Positions 30,910 through 40,215 of a stretch of 64,000 nt of DNA are shown in pieces (positions within the stretch are counted from its first letter, which is position 1; each line of letters begins with the position of its first letter). Both the position numbers and the translations under genes were made by a program. The notes beneath the pieces were generated by a model. The model had not been told where the DNA came from and ran no database searches. It saw nothing but the letters and a program-made list of their open reading frames with translations. This DNA comes from Thermoanaerobaculia bacterium. Its GTDB lineage: Bacteria > Acidobacteriota > Thermoanaerobaculia > UBA5066. The DNA lies in contig CAWFJJ010000008.1 of the NCBI GenBank assembly GCA_963816185.1, positions 64,001-128,000 on the forward strand, read 5' to 3'.

Positions 30910-33539
30910 GAAGCCCCGCCTTGAACGCCTTGATCGTTCTGGCCTTTCTTGTATCGGCGAGGGGCACCCGGGCCGCTCCGGTCGACCCGCCGGCCGCCGA
31001 GGGCATTCCAATCGCCGCAAGCGAGGTCGTTACCGAGACCACGTCCGAGATCATGGCCCGGGACCTGCGGATGTCCGTGACGGCGCCTCAGAAGACGCTC
31101 GATTTCTTCATCGGCCGGGAGGACACGAGCCAAAAGAGGGTCGACCCCGACGCCGAGAACCGGCGGCAGGGGCCGGCTGTGGGGCCGCAGTCACCGGAGA
31201 TCTCGACTGGAGGAGGTCCGCTCCTCCCGCAGATCATCGGCGTGAATGCGAACGGGCCCGGCTCGGGCTCCTCGCCGTGCGGAACGCCTCCGGACACGAT
31301 GGGCGCCGTCGGGCCCACGCAGTTCATCTCCATCGTGAACTGCAACGTCGTCTCGTACAACAAGGCGACGGGCGCCGCGGACGGCGTCCTGAACACGACA
31401 CCGAACAATTTCTTCAGCTCCGTCCGCTCGAACGGCACGAGCGACCCGCACGTCCGGTACGACCGAACCTCCCAGCGCTGGTTCCTTTTCATCATCGACG
31501 TGACGTTCCCGAACAACCGGCTGCTCGTCGCGGTCAGCAACACGGCGACGATCACCGGGTCGACGACCTGGAGCTTCTTCTTCGTCCAGACGGGTCTCGT
31601 CACTCACACGAACTGCCTCGCCGACTACCCGACGCCGGGAATCGACGCCAACGGGATCTACGTCGGTGTGAACCAGTTCTGCGGAACGTCCCTCGGCACG
31701 GCGACGTATGCCGGCTCGGACCTGTTCGTCATCCAGAAAAGCTCGGTCACGAGCGGCGGGTCGATCCACGCGACAAAGTTCACGAGCATCGGCCCCTTCA
31801 CGCCGCAGGGAGTCGACAACTCCGATCCGACGGCCACCGAGGGTTACGTGATCGGCACCAGCAATACTTCGTGGAGTCAGCTGGATCTCTTCCGTGTGAG
31901 CAATCCCGGGACCTCCTCTCCGTCGCTCTCGTCCGCCGTGCACATCTCCACGGCAAACCACGGGATTCCGATCACGCAGCCGCACATGGGCAACACCGGC
32001 GGAGCGGCGGGGCGGATCGACGGCAGCGACAACAGGCTCTATGCGGCGACGTTACGGGATGGGAGCCTCTGGACGGCCACGACGGTCGGGACCATCGTGT
32101 CGGGCGGCAACTGCGTCGGCGTGGCCGGCGGCACGGCGGACCGGGACGCGGTGTTCTGGTGGGAGATCCAGGGGATCCCGACCGGGTCGACCCCTTCGAT
32201 CCGGCAGGCCGGCATCGTCTGCGACCCGGCGGCGTCGAATCCGAACTTTTACAGCTACGGGACGATCGCCCCGAACGGCCAGGGGCAGGCCGCCCTCGGG
32301 TTCACGATCGCCGGAAGCCTGAACTTCCTGAGCGCGGGCACGGCAGGGCGGCTCGCCGGGGACACGCTCAGCACGCTGCGGTCGATCAACGTTTACGGCC
32401 CGGGCGTCGCCGCGTACAACCCGACCTTCGATCCTCGCTTAGACAACTACACGCGCTGGGGCGATTTCTCTTTCACCAGCCTCGACCCTTGCAGCGACAT
32501 GACCCTCTGGACGATCCAGGAGTATGTTCCCGTCGCCGACCAGTACGGTACGCGCTTCGCCGAGCTGAAGGGGCCGCCGCCGGCGACGCCTGCTTCGGCC
32601 AGCCCTCCCTCCGTCGCCGCCGGCCAGGCGAGCGCCAGTGTCGTCATCACCGGGACGTCGTCGTCAGGCTCCGGCTTCTACGACACGCCGTCGAGCATGT
32701 CGGCGGAGCCGTGCCGGACTCGCCTCTCGAGCGCCGTCTCCGGTGTCACGGTGAACAGCGTCACGTACAACAGCCCGACGCAGGTCACCCTCGGCATCAG
32801 CACCGTCGGCTCGACGGCGGGAGCCAAGAACGTCACGGTGACGAACCCGGACGGACAGACGGCCATGGGAAGCGGGATCCTGACGATCACGACCACCTGC
32901 ACGCCGCCGCCGGCGCCGGTCGTCACGGCGCCATCGGTCGTCGGCGCGGGTTCTCCGAACCGGATCGCCAGCGTCCCGAATCACGCGGGGTCGAGCTACG
33001 CATGGATCGTGACGAACGGGACGATCACCGCTGGACTCGGGACGAGCCAGATCACCTTCACGGCGGGGACGGCGGGGACGCCGCTGACTTTTTCGGTGAA
33101 CGAGACGGATTCCTCGGGCTGCACGAGCGCGGCGGGGACCGCGACTGCGGAGGTTGCGCCGGCGGGGTCGGCGGTCCAGTTCTACACGTTGACGCCGTGC
33201 CGGCAGCTCGACACGCGAGCAGGGGCAGGAACGCCACTCGCGGCATCTTCGACTCTGACGGTTCCGCTCACCGGGGCGCCGTGCGGCATTCCGGCAGGCG
33301 CCACCTCGGTCTCGGCGAACGTCACGATTACGCAGCCGACCGGGCAAGGGTTCTTGACCATCTATCCGGCGGACGAGACGCGGCCGGTCACGAGCAACAC
33401 CAACTTCACTGCGGGGCTGACACGCGCCAATAACGCGATTCTCCGCCTGTCGAGTGACGGGACCGGGCGCGTCAGCGTCTTCAACGGCTCGGGGGGAACG
33501 GTTCAGGTCGTCATCGACGTGAACGGGTACTTCCAGTAG
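30906..33539 (+). CDS. Secreted beta-propeller-like protein + Ig-like domains + shared C-terminal domain
   Basis: Signal peptide; PPD..GAVG, DP.V.YD, DYP, RWGDF motifs; VTVTNPDG Ig-like segment; ends DVNGYFQ; GTGA coupling. Confidence 0.82.
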   Translation: MRSPALNALIVLAFLVSARGTRAAPVDPPAAEGIPIAASEVVTETTSEIMARDLRMSVTAPQKTLDFFIGREDTSQKRVDPDAENRRQGPAVGPQSPEISTGGGPLLPQIIGVNANGPGSGSSPCGTPPDTMGAVGPTQFISIVNCNVVSYNKATGAADGVLNTTPNNFFSSVRSNGTSDPHVRYDRTSQRWFLFIIDVTFPNNRLLVAVSNTATITGSTTWSFFFVQTGLVTHTNCLADYPTPGIDANGIYVGVNQFCGTSLGTATYAGSDLFVIQKSSVTSGGSIHATKFTSIGPFTPQGVDNSDPTATEGYVIGTSNTSWSQLDLFRVSNPGTSSPSLSSAVHISTANHGIPITQPHMGNTGGAAGRIDGSDNRLYAATLRDGSLWTATTVGTIVSGGNCVGVAGGTADRDAVFWWEIQGIPTGSTPSIRQAGIVCDPAASNPNFYSYGTIAPNGQGQAALGFTIAGSLNFLSAGTAGRLAGDTLSTLRSINVYGPGVAAYNPTFDPRLDNYTRWGDFSFTSLDPCSDMTLWTIQEYVPVADQYGTRFAELKGPPPATPASASPPSVAAGQASASVVITGTSSSGSGFYDTPSSMSAEPCRTRLSSAVSGVTVNSVTYNSPTQVTLGISTVGSTAGAKNVTVTNPDGQTAMGSGILTITTTCTPPPAPVVTAPSVVGAGSPNRIASVPNHAGSSYAWIVTNGTITAGLGTSQITFTAGTAGTPLTFSVNETDSSGCTSAAGTATAEVAPAGSAVQFYTLTPCRQLDTRAGAGTPLAASSTLTVPLTGAPCGIPAGATSVSANVTITQPTGQGFLTIYPADETRPVTSNTNFTAGLTRANNAILRLSSDGTGRVSVFNGSGGTVQVVIDVNGYFQ

Positions 33540-33647
33540 AAAGCCGGGCCTGACAGTTTCTGTCGCCGTCCTCGCGGCCCCAGAGCAATAAATGGCTCCA
33601 CACGGGCCATCGTGGGCGCTTAGGGCGGTTTCGCGTCCTTAACCGGC

Positions 33648-33665
33648 CGGCAAGGAATGTGTATA
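33648..33665 (+). promoter_or_regulatory. Conserved upstream motif, copy 2 (CGGCAAGGAATGTGTATA)
   Basis: 16/18 identical to 28776-28793; about 35 nt before the GTG at 33701. Confidence 0.55.
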
Positions 33666-33700
33666 AGCGGTGAGGCGTCGACACTCCCAAGGGATCCCGT

Positions 33701-35213
33701 GTGAAGATCTTCGGTCGAAATGCCGTGCGAATCGTCTTCCTGGTGGCCGCCCTCGGGGCGGCGGGCCGGGCCTCGGCGGAGCGCCCGGTCGACGAGCGGC
33801 CAGATGGCGTTCTGGTACCAGCCGCGACGATTCAGCCGTCGAATGCGCCAGTCTCGAGATCTTCGGATGTCCGCGCGCGCCTTCCGCTCGTGGGAGAGCC
33901 GGTCAACGGGTTTCCGAACTGGCAGGAGCGGGTGATTCACGAGTGGATCAACCGGGCCCGTGTCGATCCGCAGGCCGATCTGGCCGGGTGCGGCACGAAC
34001 TGCGCAGAGAAACAGGAACTGCTATACCCCGCAGGGCCCCCTGATCTGGGACGCGAACGCTGGCCGCTCCGCGCGCTATCACTCCGCGGAGATGGGGCTC
34101 CAGAACTTCTTCGCCCACGACTCGGCCTGCACCCTCGTCAGCAACCTCAACAGCCTCTACCCGGGCAACTGTGGCGGATCCGTCTCGTGCGCCTGCGTCG
34201 GCGGCCTGGGAATGTGCAATCCCGCCTGCACCGCATGGAACGCCCGAATCGGGCTCTTTGGGGCGAGCGCCTACGGCGAGATCATCGCCGCCGGCTATTC
34301 AGATGCGAACAGCGCGTTCTACGCATGGCTGTGGGAGCAATCCACCTCCACATCGTGCTCCTTCAGTAGCGCCAACGGCCACCGCTGGCTGATCCTCAAG
34401 GCGAGCAGCGCCGTGGGCACGGGGTACCAGAGCGGCAGCGGCCCGTACAACCGCTACTACACCGGTGACTTCGCCGACTCGAACAGCCCGATCCCCAAGA
34501 TCCCTTCGGGCACGCACTACCCGCAGCAGGCCGGCTCCATCGATTTCTGGGCGAACTGGTACGACTCGGCCCCGCCTCAGAGTGCCGCCGTCAACGTGGA
34601 CGGGATCTGCCATCCGATGACGCTCCAGAGAGGGTCCGCAGCGAACGGAGCCTATGCGGCGCTGGGGATCGCAGGCCTCGGCTCGGGCTGTCACCACTAC
34701 TTCTTCACGTTCCACGATTCGTCGGGAAACGAAGTCACGTACCCCTCGAGCGGGTCCTACGGCATCGGCCTGACGGCGTGCAACGACTGGGATCTCTCGC
34801 GGCCCTTGCCCTGTACGTCTTCCCCCCCAACGGCGACCCGCTTCTATGCGGTGACTCCGTGCCGCGTCCTCGACACGCGGAAAGCGAACGGCCCGCTGGG
34901 CGGGCCGGCGCTGAACGGCAGCGGCGCCCGGCGCCTCTTCACGGTCACCGGAACCTGCAGCATTCCGACTTCCGCAAAGTCCGTGACGGTCAATCTCACT
35001 GTCACCCAGCCGGCCGCGGCGGGCAGCCTGACCGTCTTCCCCGGAAACGGCATCCCGACGGGCACCAGCTCGATCAGCTTCTCGGCAGGGCAGACGCGGG
35101 CGAACAACGCGATCCTTTATCTGGCCACGGACGGCACCGGCTCGATCGGCGTGGAGAACGACTCGGCCTCGACGGTGCAATTCATCCTGGACGTCGATGG
35201 CTATTTCCAGTGA
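33701..35213 (+). CDS. Secreted Cys-rich CAP (SCP) domain protein + shared C-terminal domain (indel near 34010)
   Basis: Signal peptide; INRAR, ARYHSAEM, FFAHDS, GEIIAAG, GHRWLIL; ends DVDGYFQ. Confidence 0.82.
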
Positions 35214-36585
35214 GCGGCTCTTTCTCGCCTTCGCCGTTCTCGCGGCTCTCGTCGCCGCGCCGGTGGCCGTCGGCCAGGCGGTGCAGGGCGGGGCGTTGCC
35301 GGGTCCCCTTCCGCTCCTTCCTCCCGACAACTGGTGGAACGTGGACGTGAGCGCGGCGCCTCTCGACCCGAACAGCGCCGCGTTCATCACCTGGATCGGC
35401 GCCACGAAAGGCCTTCATCCGGACTTCGGAGGGGATTCTTCGCCCTCTCCGCAGATCTACGGCATGCCGTACGTCGTCGTCCCGGGAAGCGAGCCCCTCG
35501 AGCCGGTGGCCTTCGACTACGCGGACGAGAGCGACCCGGGCGCCCCGGGCCGTCCTCCCGGCTACCCGATTCCCGCCGAGGCGATCTCGCAGCCGAAGTG
35601 GATCGAAGGGGGATACCCGGGGAACGCCACCGTCGGCGGCGACAAGCACATGCTCATCGTGGACAAGGACAACCGCATCCTCTTCGAGACCTGGAACACG
35701 CGGTTCAACAACGTGACGCAGTCGTGGGAAGCCGGTTCAGGGGCCGTCTTCCCCCTCGACTCGAACCAGCGGCGCCCCGACACGTGGACGAGCGCCGACG
35801 CGGCGGGTCTCGCCATCCTCCCCGGACTCATCCGGTACGACGAGGTGTCCGGCTCCGGTCCCATCCGGCACGCCTTCCGTTTCACCGTCCGTGCCACGAA
35901 CGGTTACGTCTTTCCCGCCTCGCACCGCGCCGGCTCGACGGCCGGCGCGCCACCCATGGGGACGCGCCTGCGGCTGAAGGCGGCGAAGGACATCTCGGGC
36001 TACTCCGCGGACGTCCAGAAGATCTTCCAGGCCATGAAGACGTACGGCCTCATCGTGGCGGACAACGGCACGGACATGTACGTCCAGGGGACGTACGACA
36101 CGCGCTGGAACAACGACGTCCTGAACCCCGCCTTCGCCAGCCTTCACACGAGCGACTTCGAGGTCGTCCGGCTCGGCTGGAGGCCGGTCCTCGAAACGAG
36201 CTCCGGCTCCACGTTCTTCTACACGCTCCCGCCCTGCCGCGTCGTCGATACGAGGAACGCGTCCGGACCCTACGGCGGACCGGCCATTCCGCCGGGTAAC
36301 CAGCGCATTTTCACGATCACGGGGCGGTGTGGCGTGCCGGCCACGGCGAAAGCCGTTTCAGGAAACGTGACCGCCGTCACACCCTCGTCGAACGGGGCCT
36401 TCCAGCTCTTTTCGGGGGACGACCAGCCGGGCGTCCCGACGACAATTTCGTTCGCCGCCGGAAAGACCCGCGCCAACAACGTCGTCCTGAAGCTGGCTGG
36501 TAGCGGCTCGGGAACCCTGGGGGTCGCCAGTACAGCATCCGGACCTGTCCATCTGGTCATTGACATCAACGGGTACTTTCAATGA
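35210..36585 (+). CDS. Secreted conserved hypothetical enzyme-like protein + shared C-terminal domain
   Basis: Signal peptide; DNWWNVD, GDKH, ADAAGL..LPGL.RYDE, HAFRF, YGLIVADNG; ends DINGYFQ; start is either GTG 35210 with an indel or ATG 35197. Confidence 0.8.
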
Positions 36586-36589
36586 GAAT
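36560..36589 (+). promoter_or_regulatory. Putative sigma-70 promoter embedded in the end of the upstream gene
   Basis: TTGACA-N18-GAGAAT followed by GGGGAG RBS before ATG 36614. Confidence 0.5.
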
Positions 36590-36613
36590 TTCGGAGCACA
36601 TAGGGGAGACACC

Positions 36614-37129
36614 ATGAAGAGAAAGAAGCTCGTCTCGACGTTCGCGCTGACCCTTCTTCTTGCCGGTATGTCCGTGGCAGCCCGAGAGGCCCGGGCGCAG
36701 AGCGGGCCGTTCCAGTATTTCGCGATCAGCCCGTGCCGGGTCTATGACACGCGCACCGGAGCTCCGTCTGCCGGCGGAACCGGCGGTGGGGTGATTTTTT
36801 CAGCGACGGTGCGGTCATTTCTCTTGCGCGGGCTGTGCGGGATTCCGCAGACCGCCGTGGCCGTCTCGCTGAATCTCACGGTGACGCAGCCGACCGCTCC
36901 CGCGGGCGACCTGCGCATCGCTCCAACGGGCGTCACCTTTCCGAAGGTGTCGACGCTGAATTACATCCAGGGCGACACACTCGCGAACGGGGCCATCGTT
37001 CCGCTCGGGACCGTGGCTACCGGACAGCCCGACTTCCAGGTGCTGGGTGCGGGCTGCGCGCCGTCGGGATGCACGAGCACCTTCACGTATCAGCTGATCA
37101 TCGACGTGACCGGATACTTCCAGCCCTAG
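36614..37129 (+). CDS. Signal peptide + stand-alone copy of the shared C-terminal domain
   Basis: MKRKK...ARA-Q signal peptide, then SPCRVYDTR...CGIP...NLT...IIDVTGYFQP. Confidence 0.88.
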   Translation: MKRKKLVSTFALTLLLAGMSVAAREARAQSGPFQYFAISPCRVYDTRTGAPSAGGTGGGVIFSATVRSFLLRGLCGIPQTAVAVSLNLTVTQPTAPAGDLRIAPTGVTFPKVSTLNYIQGDTLANGAIVPLGTVATGQPDFQVLGAGCAPSGCTSTFTYQLIIDVTGYFQP

Positions 37130-37180
37130 TCATAGACGCTCGATCGTTGATCGGTCTTCTTTGAGTCGGGCGACCGCGAA

Positions 37181-39102
37181 ATGAGGCGGGCCGCCCGGCT
37201 TTTTCCTTTTGCGGCGCTCTTTGCCGCGTCCCTCGCGACCCAGTCGTTCGTCATCCTCACCTCGAGGATCCCGCGGAACGCGGATCAGGCGATGGCCGGC
37301 CTCATCGCCAAGCACATCCTGGACGGCCGGGGCCATCCGGTCTTCTTCTACGGCTCGACCTACGGCGGAACGGCGGAACCGCATTTCATGGCGGTCCTCT
37401 TCGCGGCCTTCGGGGCGTCCCCCGGGGTCTACAGGGCCGGCCTGGTCTTCCTTCTCTGGCTCACGATCTGCGGTCTCACCGCGATCACCTGGAAGGCATT
37501 CGGCGCGCGCGCCGCGGTCGGAACACTCGGCTTCCTCGCGCTTCCGCCGTTCTACTTTCTCTACAAGGAGCTGACATCCGACGGTGTCTACGCCCCGGTC
37601 ACGCTGAGTGCCGTCGGAGTGCTGGCCGGCTCGGTTCTCGCGCTGCAGGCCGAGAGCCCGGTCAAGGGGCGCACGCCGTGGTGGCTCCCCGCGGTTCTCG
37701 TGGGGCTCGCGGGAGGAATCGGCTTCTGGGTTTCTCCGGGGACGCTGCCCGTGACCGTGATCGGACTCGTTACCCTCGCCTGGCGGCGTTGGGATCGATC
37801 CGCCCTCCGCTCCTTCCTGCTCTTCATCGCGTCGTTTCTCGCCGGGAGCGCGCCGTGGTGGGTCTGGAATCTCCGCCACTCCTGGCAAAGCGTTCTGTCC
37901 CCCGATGTCGCGCGGACGGACGCCCTGGGAGCTCTTCGGAACCTGCGGGATTTCCTCGTCTTCTCGTTTCCCGTCCTGACCGGGACCGCGGAGTCCAACG
38001 ACATCCACTCGCGCTCGCCGTTTCCTTTCGCCCGTCTGGCGGCCACAGCAGCCTTCGGAGTCGTGCTCCTTCTCGCGAGCCAGCAGAAGGGAACCGGGCG
38101 CCGAACCGCGCGCTTTCTCGTTCTCTGGCTGGCCGGGCTCGTCGTCGCCACCACAGTGTCCGCCCGCTTTTCGCCATTCGAGCCGCGGCTCGCCATCGCG
38201 TGGTACGTCTTCTTCGCGCCGCTCGTGGGCGCTGCCCTGGCCGCCCTGTGGGAAAAGAAGCGATTCGGAGCCGCGCTCCTCGGGGGTGTGCTTCTCATCG
38301 TCGATATCTCGAGCCTGGGCTGCCGCGAAGCGTCACCTCCGGAACAGGCGGGAGGTCACGGCCTCCATCGAACCCCTGCTCAAGCGCCTCGGTGAGCTCA
38401 ACGTGCGCGCTCTCTATGCCGATTATTGGACGGCCTATCGCGTCGACTTCGAATCGGGAGAGAAGATCATCGCCAGCCCTCTCGTCGCAGAGGACACGAT
38501 TCGATACGAGCCGTATCGGCGGGATCGTCGATACGTCTCCGAACCCCGCGGTCGTGATCCTCCTCGAGGAGGTGCCTCGCTCGGGCGAAGACGTGCCGCA
38601 ACGCGCGCGCGCGTTCGAAGAGTACCTTGCCGAGCTGCGTTTGCCCTACCGACGGGACGACGTCGAGGACTTCAGCATCTTCACCGGTCTTTCCGACTCC
38701 GCGCTCGCGACGATTCGGCGTGCGCAGTCGCTGCCGGTCCCCTTGGCAGCTTATCGCGTCGAATGGCTCGACGTCCCGAATCCTGGAGTGGTGCGCGCGG
38801 GAACGCTGGTCACGACGTCGGTCCGCGTCCGTAACGCCAGCAACTACTTGTGGAGTCCGGCTTTTCACGTCGGCGCCATGGTCCGCCGACAGGGGTCGCC
38901 ACCCGGCGAGAACGTGTCCTCGGCGCGCGGGCTGCCGGATCGATGGACGAATCCCGGGGAGAGCATCGAAGTGCCCGTGACGATCAGAGCGCCTTCGACT
39001 CCGGGCCTGTATCAGCTCGTTTACGACATGGTTTTCGAGAACGTGGCGTGGTTCTCGGATCGCGGCGGGATGCCTCATATCGTCCCGCTGGAAGTTCGAT
39101 GA
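37181..39102 (+). CDS. PMT/ArnT-like GT-C glycosyltransferase with C-terminal Ig-like domain (about 2 indels near 38320 and 38520)
   Basis: NADQAMAGLIA..I..G.HPVFFYG..YGG, multiple TM helices, ADYWTAY..F.SGE, C-terminal AP..PG.Y.L..DMV.E.V.WFS. Confidence 0.75.
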
Positions 39103-39109
39103 CCAAGCC

Positions 39110-40111
39110 ATGAGAGAGTCTTTCGTTCAATCCCTCAGGTGCCCGGCCTGCGGAATGTCCGAATGGCGGCTTTCCGTTCGTTCGAATGACAAGCGGGAGA
39201 TCCGCGAAGGCGAGCTGACGTGCGGGAGCTGCGAGAAGCATTTTCAGATCGAGGGCGGAATCGTCGATTTTCTGGACCGTGAAGATGACGGCCTCGCGCG
39301 GGAGGTCAAGGGCTGGCACGAGATGGCCGGCGCGCTGGAAGAGTCTCTCGTTCCGACGATGACGGCCCTCCCCTGGTATCCCCATGAGCCGTGGATTCAC
39401 GTGGCCCCCGACTTCTTCCAGCTCTTCGAACACGTCGATTTCGCGGGCCGCCGGATCGTCGATCTGGGCGCCGGCCGGACCTGGTCTTCGCGATTCCTCG
39501 TGACGGTCGGCCGCGCGGCGGAGGTCGTCGCCGTCGACGTTCTGAAAAAGCGCTTCCTCGGCCTCGAGACCGCCGATGTGTTCTTCGATCAGGACGGGAT
39601 CTTCTTCGAGAGAGTTTGTGCGGACATCCACCGGCTCCCGCTCCGGGACGCGTGGGCGGACATCGTGTTCAGTTGTGCCGCCATCCACCATTCTTCTGAT
39701 CCTCTGAAGCTCTTCCGGGAGGTCGGGCGGGTTCTGAAGCCGGCGGGCCTCTTCGTCTTCATCTCGGAGCCGGTCAAGAAGGAATCGATTTCGGCCCGTC
39801 AGCCGGACAACGACGAGACGCGGCACGGAATCAACGAGCACATCTACAGCTTCGCTGAATACCGTGACGCATGGCGGGCGGCCGGTTTTCGCGGGCAGCA
39901 GCTCTCGCCGCGCACCGTTCGGTACCGGGCGCTCTATCCCGACGCCGACTTCCAGAAAGGACTGTCGCCGGCCCTCGTGCATCTCACGCGCTCGAGCTGG
40001 GGGCGACGCCTCGTGACGAGGCTCCTGCGCGGCCGTTGGACCGGACCTCTCGTTTACAGATACTCGAGTCTGCCGCTGACATGCATCGTCAAGAAGCCGG
40101 TGGCGGGTTGA
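39110..40111 (+). CDS. Trm112-like N-terminal domain + class I SAM methyltransferase
   Basis: LRCPACG...LTCGSC...IEGGIVDF; VDLGAG; RVLKPAG. Confidence 0.85.
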   Translation: MRESFVQSLRCPACGMSEWRLSVRSNDKREIREGELTCGSCEKHFQIEGGIVDFLDREDDGLAREVKGWHEMAGALEESLVPTMTALPWYPHEPWIHVAPDFFQLFEHVDFAGRRIVDLGAGRTWSSRFLVTVGRAAEVVAVDVLKKRFLGLETADVFFDQDGIFFERVCADIHRLPLRDAWADIVFSCAAIHHSSDPLKLFREVGRVLKPAGLFVFISEPVKKESISARQPDNDETRHGINEHIYSFAEYRDAWRAAGFRGQQLSPRTVRYRALYPDADFQKGLSPALVHLTRSSWGRRLVTRLLRGRWTGPLVYRYSSLPLTCIVKKPVAG

Positions 40112-40147
40112 CGGTGTCCAATGTGTCCAGCGTCACCATTCACGCCT

Positions 40148-40163
40148 TGGCTCATGATTTGCG
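40148..40163 (+). promoter_or_regulatory. Putative sigma-54 promoter
   Basis: TGGCTCATGATTTGCG (TGGC-N7-TTGC) about 52 nt upstream of ATG 40216. Confidence 0.55.
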
Positions 40164-40215
40164 TCGAAGCATCTGGCTGGAGTTACGTCCAGCAATCCAG
40201 AAGGGTATGGGCTGG

